From a bacterium (GTDB lineage: Bacteria; Patescibacteriota; Minisyncoccia; Phycocordibacterales; JABMNX01): a stretch of 64,000 nt of DNA. Shown here one piece after another: positions 30,587 through 39,746 of this stretch. The notes below the pieces were generated by a model. That model was not told the DNA's origin. It was given only the letters and a program-made list of their open reading frames with translations, and made no database searches. Every line of letters begins with the position of its first letter. Position 1 is the stretch's first letter. A program made the translations under genes and the position numbers. Location: positions 2,811-66,810 of the forward strand of contig NZBM01000015.1 in assembly GCA_002687905.1 (NCBI GenBank). Direction: 5' to 3'.

Positions 30587-31579
30587 ATGAAAAAATTACT
30601 AATAACAGGAGGAACTGGATCATTTGGCAATGCGGTTCTTCGTCGTTTTTTTAAAGACAAGTCAATTTCAGATATAACTATATTCAGTCGTGATGAATTG
30701 AAACAGCATGAGATGAGGCATCAGTTTAGCGATCCTCGAGTTCGTTTTATTGTAGGAGATGTTCGAGATCGAGACGCGGTCAAGGCAGCTGCAAAAGGAG
30801 TTGACTACATATTTCATGCAGCAGCACTAAAACATGTTCCAACAGGAGAGTATTTCCCAATGGAGCTTGTTCGCACTAATGTGCTTGGAACAGATAATGT
30901 TTTAACTGCCGCAGAAGAGAGTGGTGTCAAAAAAGTAGTAGTATTAAGCACTGACAAGGCAGCGTACCCGATTAACGCTATGGGTATGACTAAAGCACTT
31001 GCTGAAAAACTGATTGCTTCCCGAGCAAGGGATGCGAAAAATACCACATTTTGTGCAGTGCGTTATGGAAATGTGATGGCATCTCGCGGTTCGGTAATAC
31101 CTCTTTTTGTAGATCAGATAAAAAAAGGGAAGTCGGTAACAGTAACCGACCCAAATATGACAAGGTTTTTAATATCTCTTGATGATTCACTTGATCTGGT
31201 TGAGCTTGCGATAAAAAAAGGAAAGCCAGGCAACCTTTTCATAAAGAAAGCCCCTGCGGCAACGATGTCAGATTTAGCTCAAGCTCTCGTAAATATATTT
31301 GGTGCGAAAAATAAAGTAAAAGTCATTGGTACTCGTGCTGGGGAGAAGATTCATGAGACACTAGCAACAGCTTTTGAGCTCGCGACCTCTGAAGATCTTG
31401 GAGATTATTACCGAATTCAGGAGTCTGCGGCATTCGGCTATAGTCAGTTTTATAAAAAAGGTGCGGTGAATAAGGTAGATAACGACTATACCTCAGAGAC
31501 TACAGAGCGTTTAACGGTTCCCAAAATAGAGAAACTATTACGTTCACTTGATTACATAAAAGAGGAGCTAAAGAAGTAA
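30587..31579 (+). CDS. CapD/PglF/PseB-family UDP-N-acetylglucosamine 4,6-dehydratase (short soluble form)
   Basis: LLITGGTGSFGNAV Rossmann motif. Catalytic region LSTDKAAYPINAMGMTKALAEKL, that is TDK plus Met where the usual SDR Tyr would sit. Confidence 0.75.
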   Translation: MKKLLITGGTGSFGNAVLRRFFKDKSISDITIFSRDELKQHEMRHQFSDPRVRFIVGDVRDRDAVKAAAKGVDYIFHAAALKHVPTGEYFPMELVRTNVLGTDNVLTAAEESGVKKVVVLSTDKAAYPINAMGMTKALAEKLIASRARDAKNTTFCAVRYGNVMASRGSVIPLFVDQIKKGKSVTVTDPNMTRFLISLDDSLDLVELAIKKGKPGNLFIKKAPAATMSDLAQALVNIFGAKNKVKVIGTRAGEKIHETLATAFELATSEDLGDYYRIQESAAFGYSQFYKKGAVNKVDNDYTSETTERLTVPKIEKLLRSLDYIKEELKK

Positions 31580-31595
31580 TCTACAATACGAGAAT

Positions 31596-32696
31596 ATGAA
31601 AATTCTCTACATAGCAAATGCACGCATACCAACAGAGCGTGCGCACGGAGTACAAATTATGAAAATGTGTGAGGCATTTTCACAACTCGGCCATTATGTG
31701 GGACTCCTTGTTCCCCTTAGATTTAACCACATAAAAAAGGATCCATTTAGTTATTACTCAATAGACAAAATCTTTGGGATTTCAAGGATATTTTCCATAG
31801 ATTTGGTGAAATTTGGCAGAGTTGGCTTTCTTATTCAAGCACTCTCTTTTTCTATTAGTGTATTTTTTTACGCCTTATTTAAGAAGGTCGATATATATTA
31901 CGGAAGAGATGAAATACCGCTTTCTTTTGTAAGTATCTTAAGGAGAGATGTTATATGGGAGGCTCATATGCCTCGCTATAATCTATTTTCCAGATTTATT
32001 ATAAAGCGTTCAAAAATTTTAGTAGTAATATCAGATGGACTAAAGGATTTTTTTGTAAAAAAAGGTGTGCCAGAGAAAAAAATACTTGTAGCTCGTGATG
32101 GTGTAGATTTAGAAATTTTCAATTCCCTGCCTGAAAAAAATGAATGCAGAGAGCGACTATCGTTAAAGGACGATGAGAAAATAGTCCTTTACGCGGGTCA
32201 TTTATATGACTGGAAGGGTGTAGACATTCTTGCTGAAGCCGCCAAAGGGCTTCATGACTACACGGTCTATTTTGTAGGAGGTACGGATAAAGATATAAAA
32301 GCATTTAGAGAAAAATATACAGAAGTAGCCAATATAAAGACTATCGGCCACAGGGAGCCAAAAGAGATACCTCTCTGGCTTAAATCTGCAGATGTTTTGA
32401 TTCTTCCAAACTCCGGAAAGAGTGAAATCTCAAGGTATTATACTTCTCCTTTAAAACTCTTTGAGTATATGGCTTCAGGAGTTCCGATAGTTGCATCAAA
32501 CTTATCCTCAATTAGAGAAGTTTTAAATGAAGATAATGCGACATTGATTGAACCAGATAATAAGGAAGCTTTATCATCCGGAATAAAGGCGGTTTTCGAG
32601 AAAATGGATTTGTCTAAAAACCGATCCCAAAATGCTTTATTTGATGTTAAAGAGTGCGCGTGGTTAAAGCGTGCGGAAAGAATTTTAAACAGTTAA
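31596..32696 (+). CDS. GT4-family glycosyltransferase
   Basis: C-terminal ...SPLKLFEYMASGVPIVASNLSSIREVL. Confidence 0.7.
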   Translation: MKILYIANARIPTERAHGVQIMKMCEAFSQLGHYVGLLVPLRFNHIKKDPFSYYSIDKIFGISRIFSIDLVKFGRVGFLIQALSFSISVFFYALFKKVDIYYGRDEIPLSFVSILRRDVIWEAHMPRYNLFSRFIIKRSKILVVISDGLKDFFVKKGVPEKKILVARDGVDLEIFNSLPEKNECRERLSLKDDEKIVLYAGHLYDWKGVDILAEAAKGLHDYTVYFVGGTDKDIKAFREKYTEVANIKTIGHREPKEIPLWLKSADVLILPNSGKSEISRYYTSPLKLFEYMASGVPIVASNLSSIREVLNEDNATLIEPDNKEALSSGIKAVFEKMDLSKNRSQNALFDVKECAWLKRAERILNS

Positions 32697-32698
32697 TT

Positions 32699-34063
32699 AT
32701 GAAAACTGTATTTATTATAATAACTAGAGGCTCTCTTGTAATGAATTTCTTTTTTTCTGGAGTGGCGAAGAAACTTCTTAACACCGGTGTTAAACTTATA
32801 GTCCTAAGTCCATTCAGCGAAAGAAAAGAGGTTTTTACTCCCTTCCAACATGAAAATCTCTACATTGAACCTCTACATGATTCTCCCCAAACGACACTCT
32901 CAAGAATCATGCTTGAGCTTCTGAAGGGTGCAATCTTTAACAAGACAATTCATACAAGGTATATCCACCGTATTACTGCGGCCGATTCTCCGCCTTCAAA
33001 ACTATGGTACTTACCAAGGATGCTTTTCTTTGCGCCGCTAAGACTTTTACCAGGTTTCAAGAACCTCATTCGTTTCTTTGATTTTCATCTACAACCACAG
33101 AGAGAAAATGATTACCTATTTGAAAAATATAAGCCGGATCTTGTATTTAGCACTACCCCAAACGGCGTTAGTGATGTCGGAGTTCTGAAGGGAGCGAAAC
33201 GTCACGGAGTAAAGACAATTGCTATGCCAAAGAGTTGGGATACACTTTCAAAGTTTCTCTTTAATACAAAAACAGACCGTCTTTTAGTCTGGAGTTCGTT
33301 TTCAAAGGAACAAGCGCTTAGGTATCAGGGATATAAGGACAGCGAAGTTTCTGTTACTGGTGCTCCTCAGTTTGATTACTATGCGCACAAGGAGAAGATT
33401 ATGGAGCGGGAGGAGTTTTTCAAGAAAAATGGCCTTGATCCAAAGAAGAGACTGATATTGTACGGTTCAACTGGAAGTAATTTGTGTTATGAATCACGCT
33501 ACGCTGATTTAATAAAGAAATATATTGACGAGGAATATCTTGGTAAAGCTCAGGTGTTAATCCGTCCGCATATTGCATATCTTGGAGATGGTGAGCAGTT
33601 TAAACAGCTCAACAAGTACCCTGACTTTGTAGTTGATAAGCAGGAAAAGCAGGACTCGCGGTTTAAGGATAACTGGGATATTTCAGAGGAATACCTGTCT
33701 CATCTCTTTAATTCACTTTCACACGCCGATGTCTGTGTGAATGTTGCGTCTACTCTCACCATTGATGCGACGATGTGTGGTACGCCGGTTATAAACATAA
33801 ACTTTGATTTTCCAGATATAAAGAAAGACATGTCTGTTAAGAGACTCTATAAGTCTGATTATGTAGATGAGATTACAAGCTTTGGCGCTACTTGGGTAGT
33901 AAAGAGTGAGGAAGAGTACCTGAATGCATTAAAAGAGGTAGTTGTGGAAGGAAAGAGAAAAGATGAAGAGATGAAGAAACTTATTAAGCATTTTGCTTGC
34001 GCAAATGACGGGAGGGCAGCAGAGAGGATAGCTAATGCGACATTGAATATGCTAAAAAACTAG
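32699..34063 (+). CDS. hypothetical GT-B-like surface-carbohydrate biosynthesis protein (paralog of the 56058..57473 gene)
   Basis: Collinear similarity to the 56058 gene product, for example DLVFSTTPNGVSD...KTIAMPKSWDTL against DLIFSTSTGGTFE...KTLSIPKSWDNI. Start set at the ATG just after the upstream stop. The track ORF starts at 32654. Confidence 0.35.
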   Translation: MKTVFIIITRGSLVMNFFFSGVAKKLLNTGVKLIVLSPFSERKEVFTPFQHENLYIEPLHDSPQTTLSRIMLELLKGAIFNKTIHTRYIHRITAADSPPSKLWYLPRMLFFAPLRLLPGFKNLIRFFDFHLQPQRENDYLFEKYKPDLVFSTTPNGVSDVGVLKGAKRHGVKTIAMPKSWDTLSKFLFNTKTDRLLVWSSFSKEQALRYQGYKDSEVSVTGAPQFDYYAHKEKIMEREEFFKKNGLDPKKRLILYGSTGSNLCYESRYADLIKKYIDEEYLGKAQVLIRPHIAYLGDGEQFKQLNKYPDFVVDKQEKQDSRFKDNWDISEEYLSHLFNSLSHADVCVNVASTLTIDATMCGTPVININFDFPDIKKDMSVKRLYKSDYVDEITSFGATWVVKSEEEYLNALKEVVVEGKRKDEEMKKLIKHFACANDGRAAERIANATLNMLKN

Positions 34064-34064
34064 T

Positions 34065-35033
34065 ATGAGCGATTTCGACACATTTAAAGACAGGATGGTT
34101 GTTATAACGGGTTTTTCAAAGTCTGGGACCACCCTATTACAATCACTTCTCGATTATCATCCAGAATTAGTGGTCTATCCGGAGGAATTTAAGTACTTCA
34201 AAAGGGTTTTTATACAAGGGTACTGCTCGCTTGAAGAGGGCAAGGAGGAAGTAATGAAGCTTCCCGATCAATTCACCCTTGGTCAGAGCGGCGGCGCGGC
34301 AGCAGAGAGGAAGCGCGACTATTCTGATCTTGATCTAAAGTTTTTCAAGAAACGACTAGAAGAATTAGTGGGAAAAGCCAAGACGCATAAAGAAGTGTTT
34401 CTTGCATATATTGAAGCTTTCTACGAGACTCTTAGGAAGTCAGATCGTTTTCCAAAAGGAGTAAAAAAAGCTTGGGTTATCAAAAGACCAAGCGACTACT
34501 ACCTATTTCACCGCTACAAGGAGTGGTTTAATCCGGATAATGTTATATGGATCCATCTCAGAAGAGACCCATATGATAATTTTGGAAGTATTCACTTAAG
34601 TAAGACCATAAATCGCTCAGGGAAGTGGACACCGAGACACTTTGCCCCCGACTGGCTTTTATCAGAGCTTTTCTCCAGGAAGCTTAAGAAAGAATTTAAA
34701 AATTTTCACATTGTTAACTACGAAGATTTAGCAGGTCAGCCTGAGGAGACGATGAGAAGGATCGCAGGTGTTATTGGGATTGATTTTAATGAATCACTAC
34801 TTCAGCCGACACTAAATGGACATCAGTGGGATGGAAACTCGGCTCACGGCACAGTTTTTGTTGGTGTATCGAATGATTCTGTTGGTAAAGCTTCTAGGAG
34901 GCTTGCAGATGAGGTGAGACTTCTCGCGAAAAAGGAACTAAGGAGTTTCAGAAATAAAGTTGTCGCTTGGTGGAGGTATTTAAGGATGATGTTCCACCGG
35001 CATTTTCCCGGGAAGAGGAATAAATTTTATTAA
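34065..35033 (+). CDS. sulfotransferase-family protein
   Basis: 5'-PSB loop ITGFSKSGTTLL (PKSGTT-like) at the N-terminus. Size and basic C-terminus fit. Confidence 0.55.
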   Translation: MSDFDTFKDRMVVITGFSKSGTTLLQSLLDYHPELVVYPEEFKYFKRVFIQGYCSLEEGKEEVMKLPDQFTLGQSGGAAAERKRDYSDLDLKFFKKRLEELVGKAKTHKEVFLAYIEAFYETLRKSDRFPKGVKKAWVIKRPSDYYLFHRYKEWFNPDNVIWIHLRRDPYDNFGSIHLSKTINRSGKWTPRHFAPDWLLSELFSRKLKKEFKNFHIVNYEDLAGQPEETMRRIAGVIGIDFNESLLQPTLNGHQWDGNSAHGTVFVGVSNDSVGKASRRLADEVRLLAKKELRSFRNKVVAWWRYLRMMFHRHFPGKRNKFY

Positions 35034-35069
35034 TTGCAGAGCATTAGAGTTTGTGTAGAATAGGGAACC

Positions 35070-35831
35070 ATGAAATTAAAAACCGCTAGAGGTTATTCAA
35101 TAAAAAAGCTTAGAAAGATTTGCCAGAGTACTGCTCCAAATCCTGCAAGAGAAAGCAAGGTAGGGCTTTTCACAAGAATCTTTTCCATATACTTCACGAA
35201 GTTGTTTCTATATACGCCACTTACCCCTAATCAGATTACGGTAATAGGGATGTCCACATACTTTGTGGGTATCGGTTTTTTATTTTTTAACGAGCCAATT
35301 TATAACGCTATAGCTGTATTTCTTGTATTTATGTCGATTGTTTTTGATGGCTGTGATGGTGAAGTGGCTCGTTTCCGAGAAAGCAGTAGCGCAGTTGGAA
35401 ACCTCTACGCTGAGCCAGTGAGTCACGACATACAGTACGGAGTATCTTTCTTTTTGGTTGGTATTGCAGTGTATTTAGGAAGTGGTGATGTGGTTCATAT
35501 AATCCTTGGTGCCGTCGCAGGTATCAGCAAACTTTTATTCAGGCTCCTTGAGATAAGGACTTGGTATTTGACTCAAAGTGTAAAAATAAAGGAGGAGGAA
35601 ATAGAGAAGCTAAAGCAGGAATACGAGGATCTGCCGGCTTACAAGAGGCTTGTCTATTGGACTAAACAGAATTTGTTCACTCAAAACGGGATTCTTCTCG
35701 TTCTCTTTCTTGTCACAATAGTAAATCGTGTTGATCTACTTTTGTGGTTCTTTGGTGTAGGGAACTTAATCTTTTGGATACTTCTGTTTGGTAAAAAAAC
35801 CTACGAGCTTTCAAAGAATCCTCCAGGGTAA
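35070..35831 (+). CDS. CDP-alcohol phosphatidyltransferase-family membrane protein
   Basis: Multi-TM protein with PNQITVIG and DGCDGEVAR-x8-G (D-G-x2-A-R-x8-G), with partly divergent downstream Asp residues. Confidence 0.5.
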   Translation: MKLKTARGYSIKKLRKICQSTAPNPARESKVGLFTRIFSIYFTKLFLYTPLTPNQITVIGMSTYFVGIGFLFFNEPIYNAIAVFLVFMSIVFDGCDGEVARFRESSSAVGNLYAEPVSHDIQYGVSFFLVGIAVYLGSGDVVHIILGAVAGISKLLFRLLEIRTWYLTQSVKIKEEEIEKLKQEYEDLPAYKRLVYWTKQNLFTQNGILLVLFLVTIVNRVDLLLWFFGVGNLIFWILLFGKKTYELSKNPPG

Positions 35832-35951
35832 ATTTGTACAAAAATTAGTTGAGCTTTTGATGGGGTTCTTGACCTACTATATTTTTAATGGTAAAAATTG
35901 CTGAGAATCTTAACCGAAACCTGCGCATGCGAGCGCCAGTTACGAAGGGAA

Positions 35952-37001
35952 ATGGCTATGAAGAGGCAACTAAGAGTAGGAATTGTCGGGACAGGAAAGA
36001 TGGCGAAAATCCGTGCCGAAGTCATGTCCGGGATAGAGGATGTAACAATGATTGCCGTCGCTCACGGTAGTCCCGAAGCAGACAGAACCATGCGCCTGGT
36101 CGCTTTTGCACGGCAACATGGAATCTCGGATCTGGACAAGTGGAGTATAGGCGACCTTGAGGACGCCGGGCTAGACGCTCTGGTGGTCTGCTCCACAGCT
36201 GAGACCCACTGCGATATCATCGAGGAGGCGGCAAAAGCCGGAGTCCCGTACATTTTCTGCGAGAAGCCCTTTGGGGTGGCAATTCCAGAGATCGATCGTG
36301 CGCTCATTGCGCTTGATGCACACGATGCAAAGCTCCAGGTCGGCTTCAATCGTCGGTTTGATCCGCATTTCCTCGAACTACACGAAAAGGTTCGTGGAGC
36401 TGTTCGGCATCTCGAGATTGTGAGTCTTGACCCGGCGCCGCCATCGCTCGAAAACCTCACTCAGGATCGCGCTCTGATCAGTGAGACCATGGTGCATGAT
36501 TTTGATACCGCATTGTGGTTTCTTGGTGACGGAGTGGACTGCATCTCTGTCCGGGAATCCTGCAAGAATCAGGATCTCAAAAGGGCGGAGCTGTATCAGA
36601 TTGATGCGGCGGTGGCGCTTCTGGGTTTTGAAGACGGTGAGACCTGTACTATCAGGAATCATTGGGGGTCTCCAACCGGGTATCGGCAGGAGATTCGCAT
36701 CTGTGACTCAAACTACGAGGTGTGGGTCACGAATTCCTCGGACAACGGAACAAGTTGGCTGGTTGGAGTTTGTCGTATGCAGTCCGCAGCCCTTCATAAA
36801 GGGTTTCAGGATCGGTATGCGGAATCATACGTTCTGGAGATTCTGGCCTTCCTCAGAAGTGTTCGGGAAGGAGGAGAGATCTCTTCGGGGACTGCCGAAC
36901 AGGCTCGTCAGGTAGCGGTTCTTGTGGATTGCGCACGTGAGTCAGCGTACCTGCATGGCAAGAGTTTCAACCCTCTTGTACAGAACCATGTTGCAGCATG
37001 A
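35952..37001 (+). CDS. Gfo/Idh/MocA-family NAD(P)-dependent oxidoreductase (inositol/sugar dehydrogenase-like), in a GC-rich segment
   Basis: LRVGIVGTGKMAK Rossmann motif. ...CEKPFG (EKP motif). Start at ATG 35952 after AAGGGAAA. The track ORF starts at 35898. GC is visibly higher than the flanks, roughly mid-50s percent against about 40 by eye. Confidence 0.75.
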   Translation: MAMKRQLRVGIVGTGKMAKIRAEVMSGIEDVTMIAVAHGSPEADRTMRLVAFARQHGISDLDKWSIGDLEDAGLDALVVCSTAETHCDIIEEAAKAGVPYIFCEKPFGVAIPEIDRALIALDAHDAKLQVGFNRRFDPHFLELHEKVRGAVRHLEIVSLDPAPPSLENLTQDRALISETMVHDFDTALWFLGDGVDCISVRESCKNQDLKRAELYQIDAAVALLGFEDGETCTIRNHWGSPTGYRQEIRICDSNYEVWVTNSSDNGTSWLVGVCRMQSAALHKGFQDRYAESYVLEILAFLRSVREGGEISSGTAEQARQVAVLVDCARESAYLHGKSFNPLVQNHVAA

Positions 37002-37010
37002 GCTATTCAG

Positions 37011-37047
37011 GGGCGGCACGGATGCATCCGTGCCGCCCTATCTTTTT
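37011..37047 (+). terminator. intrinsic terminator (GGGCGGCACGG-ATGCAT-CCGTGCCGCCC followed by TATCTTTTT)
   Basis: An 11-bp perfect GC-rich stem with a T-tract, 10 nt after the stop. Confidence 0.7.
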
Positions 37048-37080
37048 CAATATTCAAAAATAATGATATAGCTTAATTAT

Positions 37081-37830
37081 ATGCAAGGAATAATATTGGC
37101 AGCGGGATCCGGCACTAGACTAGATCATTTAACTAAAGAGGCACCCAAAGCGCTTATTAGGGTTGGGGAAAGGACGCTTGTTGACTACGCAATTGCCTTT
37201 TTAAATGCGGTTGGTATTGAGGATATTGTGGTTGTTGGAGGAGTGCATTTTGAACAGATTAGAGAGTGTGTGGAGTCATTAGGTAAAGGAATCCGGATAG
37301 TAGAGAACAAAGAGTATAAGAAAGAGTCACTTAGTAGTCTTCAAACAGCGTTACCTCATGTCTCCGGATCATTTCTGCAGATTGATGTGGATTTTATATA
37401 CACATGGGATATTGCAGAGAAAGTTAAGGCGCAACTTAAAGGAAAGGGAATTAAAGCAATTTGTACATCTGACAAAAGAGCAATACCGGAGGACATGGTC
37501 AAGGTGAGTGTTGATGGAGATTTAAAAGTTACAGATATGGAGAAAGACCTCCCAGAATTTAGCTATGGCTATATTGGGATGTTTTATTGCGAGAAGAAGT
37601 CTTTGCCACTTTTACGTGAGCAGACAGAAAAGATACTTGAGGATGCTGGGGAGAGTGGCGCAAAGATGTGGAAAGCGCTCACAACAGTAGCTGAGAGGAC
37701 TGGAGAGGTTCATGTGGGGGATATAGGAGACTTTGATGCAGTTGAGGTTGATACTCCAAAAGAGCGGCAAGAAGCAGAGAAATTTATAAAACGAAATCAG
37801 AAGAGTGTCAATCGCTATTTTGTGGTGTAG
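37081..37830 (+). CDS. LicC-like sugar/alcohol-phosphate nucleotidyltransferase (NTP_transferase family)
   Basis: MQGIILAAGSGTRL...PKALIRVGERTLVDYAIAFL closely resembles the CTP:phosphocholine cytidylyltransferase LicC N-terminus (GxGTRL motif). Confidence 0.7.
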   Translation: MQGIILAAGSGTRLDHLTKEAPKALIRVGERTLVDYAIAFLNAVGIEDIVVVGGVHFEQIRECVESLGKGIRIVENKEYKKESLSSLQTALPHVSGSFLQIDVDFIYTWDIAEKVKAQLKGKGIKAICTSDKRAIPEDMVKVSVDGDLKVTDMEKDLPEFSYGYIGMFYCEKKSLPLLREQTEKILEDAGESGAKMWKALTTVAERTGEVHVGDIGDFDAVEVDTPKERQEAEKFIKRNQKSVNRYFVV

Positions 37831-37869
37831 TTTGTTACCATCTGTATGAGCAAATAATCATATTAGACG

Positions 37870-39744
37870 ATGACACAAAAAGTTGATACTGCGGTGGTTC
37901 TAGCTGCCGGAAAAGGGAAAAGGCTTGACGTATTTGAGACACCAAAACCTCTATTAAAAATTGGTGGCAAATCTCTCATTGTTCACACTCTTGATAATCT
38001 CAAAAAGGCGGGAATCAAGAATGTCTTTATTGTTATACGAAAGGGGGATTTTGTACAAAAGAGGGAGTTGATAGACTATCCCTTAAATATAGAATTTATA
38101 GAACAAACTTCTGGAAGACGAGGAATGCTTGACTCCATGCTTTCTCTTGAAGGGAAAATAGACAAACCTTTTTATGTAACGGTATCAGACCTTATTCTTT
38201 CTCATAATCCATACAAGATGTTTGTGGACTGCGGGGTAGCTGGTAGCGCTGACACAGGCGCTCTAGTCTGTTTTGATAGCAGACAAAATAAAGAATCTGG
38301 TGCAAATACGAAAGTTTTAGCCAGGGACGGTGTTATAAGGGAGATAAGTTCACGACTACCTTCGTATAACGCACTTGATCTTGGGATTTATTATTTCTCA
38401 CCAAAGGCGCACAAGAGTATATGTGCGCTAGCTAAGAAAGATAAAACCATCAGCTCTGTCCCCCAGTTTTTTGTTGTTTACAGTCAGAAGGAGAAGATAC
38501 GTTCTGTCGAGTATTCTGGGGATGCCTGGTTTGATGTAAATATTCCAAAAACTTTTATTCGCGCAGAGCTATATTTAGGGGAAGAAAACAGCGCAGAGTC
38601 AGGTGAAAGCAAAAAAGAGCGCACTAGCCTTAAGAATTTACCCAAGACTGTGCTACTTCATAACAAAAAGGAGACCGTTACAGACATCACTGTTAAAAGA
38701 AATATACTAGAGCGTCTTGATGAATATGAGGTTATACCCTCAGAGTCATACAATTCTCCTCACCATATAATAGTAGACGAAAGCATAGATTCGTTTTTGG
38801 GAAAGCCAATCTTGGATAAACTACTTTCTCTTGGGTATAAGGTTTATAAGCACACAGTAAAAGCAGGTGAAAATGCAAAAAGTATAAATAGCTACGTCAA
38901 ACTATCAGAGGAAATTCTGAACAAGGGAATTGATAAGAAATCAACAATAATTTCAATAGGAGGAGGTTCTGTAAAAGACATGGGGGGCTTTCTTGCTTCG
39001 ACACTCTATAGGGGTATTGGCTTTATAAGCATACCAACAACCATCCTCTCGCAGGCTGATGCCGCAATCGCTCTTAAGCAGGGAGTAAACGGAGGCGATG
39101 GAAAAAATCTTATAGGTTCTTGGTATGCTCCCCTTAAAATAATTGTTGATCCAGCCACAATACTTAAGCTTGATGAGAGGTGGGTAAGCGACGGGCTTGC
39201 TGAGTGTATAAAACAAGGATTTGCCTACGACAAGAAGCTATACAATTTACTCAAAGGCTATAAGGGTGACATGAAAGACCTCGATTTTCTTGAAAGTGTG
39301 CTTAAGCTAGCGATTGAGGATAAGGTAAGGACCATAGAGGAGGACCTTCATGAAGATAAAATAGCTCTGGTCAACCAATATGGGCATGAGTTTGGCCACG
39401 CCGTTGAACACCTTTCTGGGTATGCGTATGGACACGGCGAGTCTGTGGCCATAGGTATGAGAGTGTCAGCGGAGCTCTCTTACATTTTGGGAATATGCGA
39501 TCGTGGTGTGGTTGATGCACACATTGAGCTTCTTGAGAAATACAATCTACCCCATCAGGTGCCTAAAGTTATTAGCCCAGAGGATATATTAAATTCTCTT
39601 AAGTACAATAAAAAGTACTACAGTGGAGAGCCGCGCTTTGTTCTTGTCGACAAGATAGGGTCAGTCTGGAGAGACAAGACATACTACACAGTTAATTGCA
39701 GGGACGAATTCATAAAGCAAGCCGTCGAGGCGAGTTACAACTAA
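37870..39744 (+). CDS. fusion protein: N-terminal nucleotidyltransferase + C-terminal 3-dehydroquinate-synthase-family sugar-phosphate cyclase domain
   Basis: N-terminus VVLAAGKGKRL...PKPLLKIGGKSLI (NTP transferase). C-terminal about 330 aa with IGGGSVKDMGGFLAS...RGIGFISIPTTILSQADAAIALKQGVNGG.GKNLIGSWYAP and GHEFGHAVEH...GHGESVAIGM, which are the hallmark DHQS / DOIS / EEVS-superfamily motifs. Confidence 0.65.
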   Translation: MTQKVDTAVVLAAGKGKRLDVFETPKPLLKIGGKSLIVHTLDNLKKAGIKNVFIVIRKGDFVQKRELIDYPLNIEFIEQTSGRRGMLDSMLSLEGKIDKPFYVTVSDLILSHNPYKMFVDCGVAGSADTGALVCFDSRQNKESGANTKVLARDGVIREISSRLPSYNALDLGIYYFSPKAHKSICALAKKDKTISSVPQFFVVYSQKEKIRSVEYSGDAWFDVNIPKTFIRAELYLGEENSAESGESKKERTSLKNLPKTVLLHNKKETVTDITVKRNILERLDEYEVIPSESYNSPHHIIVDESIDSFLGKPILDKLLSLGYKVYKHTVKAGENAKSINSYVKLSEEILNKGIDKKSTIISIGGGSVKDMGGFLASTLYRGIGFISIPTTILSQADAAIALKQGVNGGDGKNLIGSWYAPLKIIVDPATILKLDERWVSDGLAECIKQGFAYDKKLYNLLKGYKGDMKDLDFLESVLKLAIEDKVRTIEEDLHEDKIALVNQYGHEFGHAVEHLSGYAYGHGESVAIGMRVSAELSYILGICDRGVVDAHIELLEKYNLPHQVPKVISPEDILNSLKYNKKYYSGEPRFVLVDKIGSVWRDKTYYTVNCRDEFIKQAVEASYN

Positions 39745-39746
39745 TT

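Noticed and set aside
35888-36915. Track ORFs 35888..36070, 36062..36460 (minus), 36171..36368 (minus), 36378..36662 (minus) and 36481..36915 (plus)
   Set aside because: All overlap the Gfo/Idh/MocA gene in other frames. Abundant alternative ORFs are expected in GC-rich DNA.
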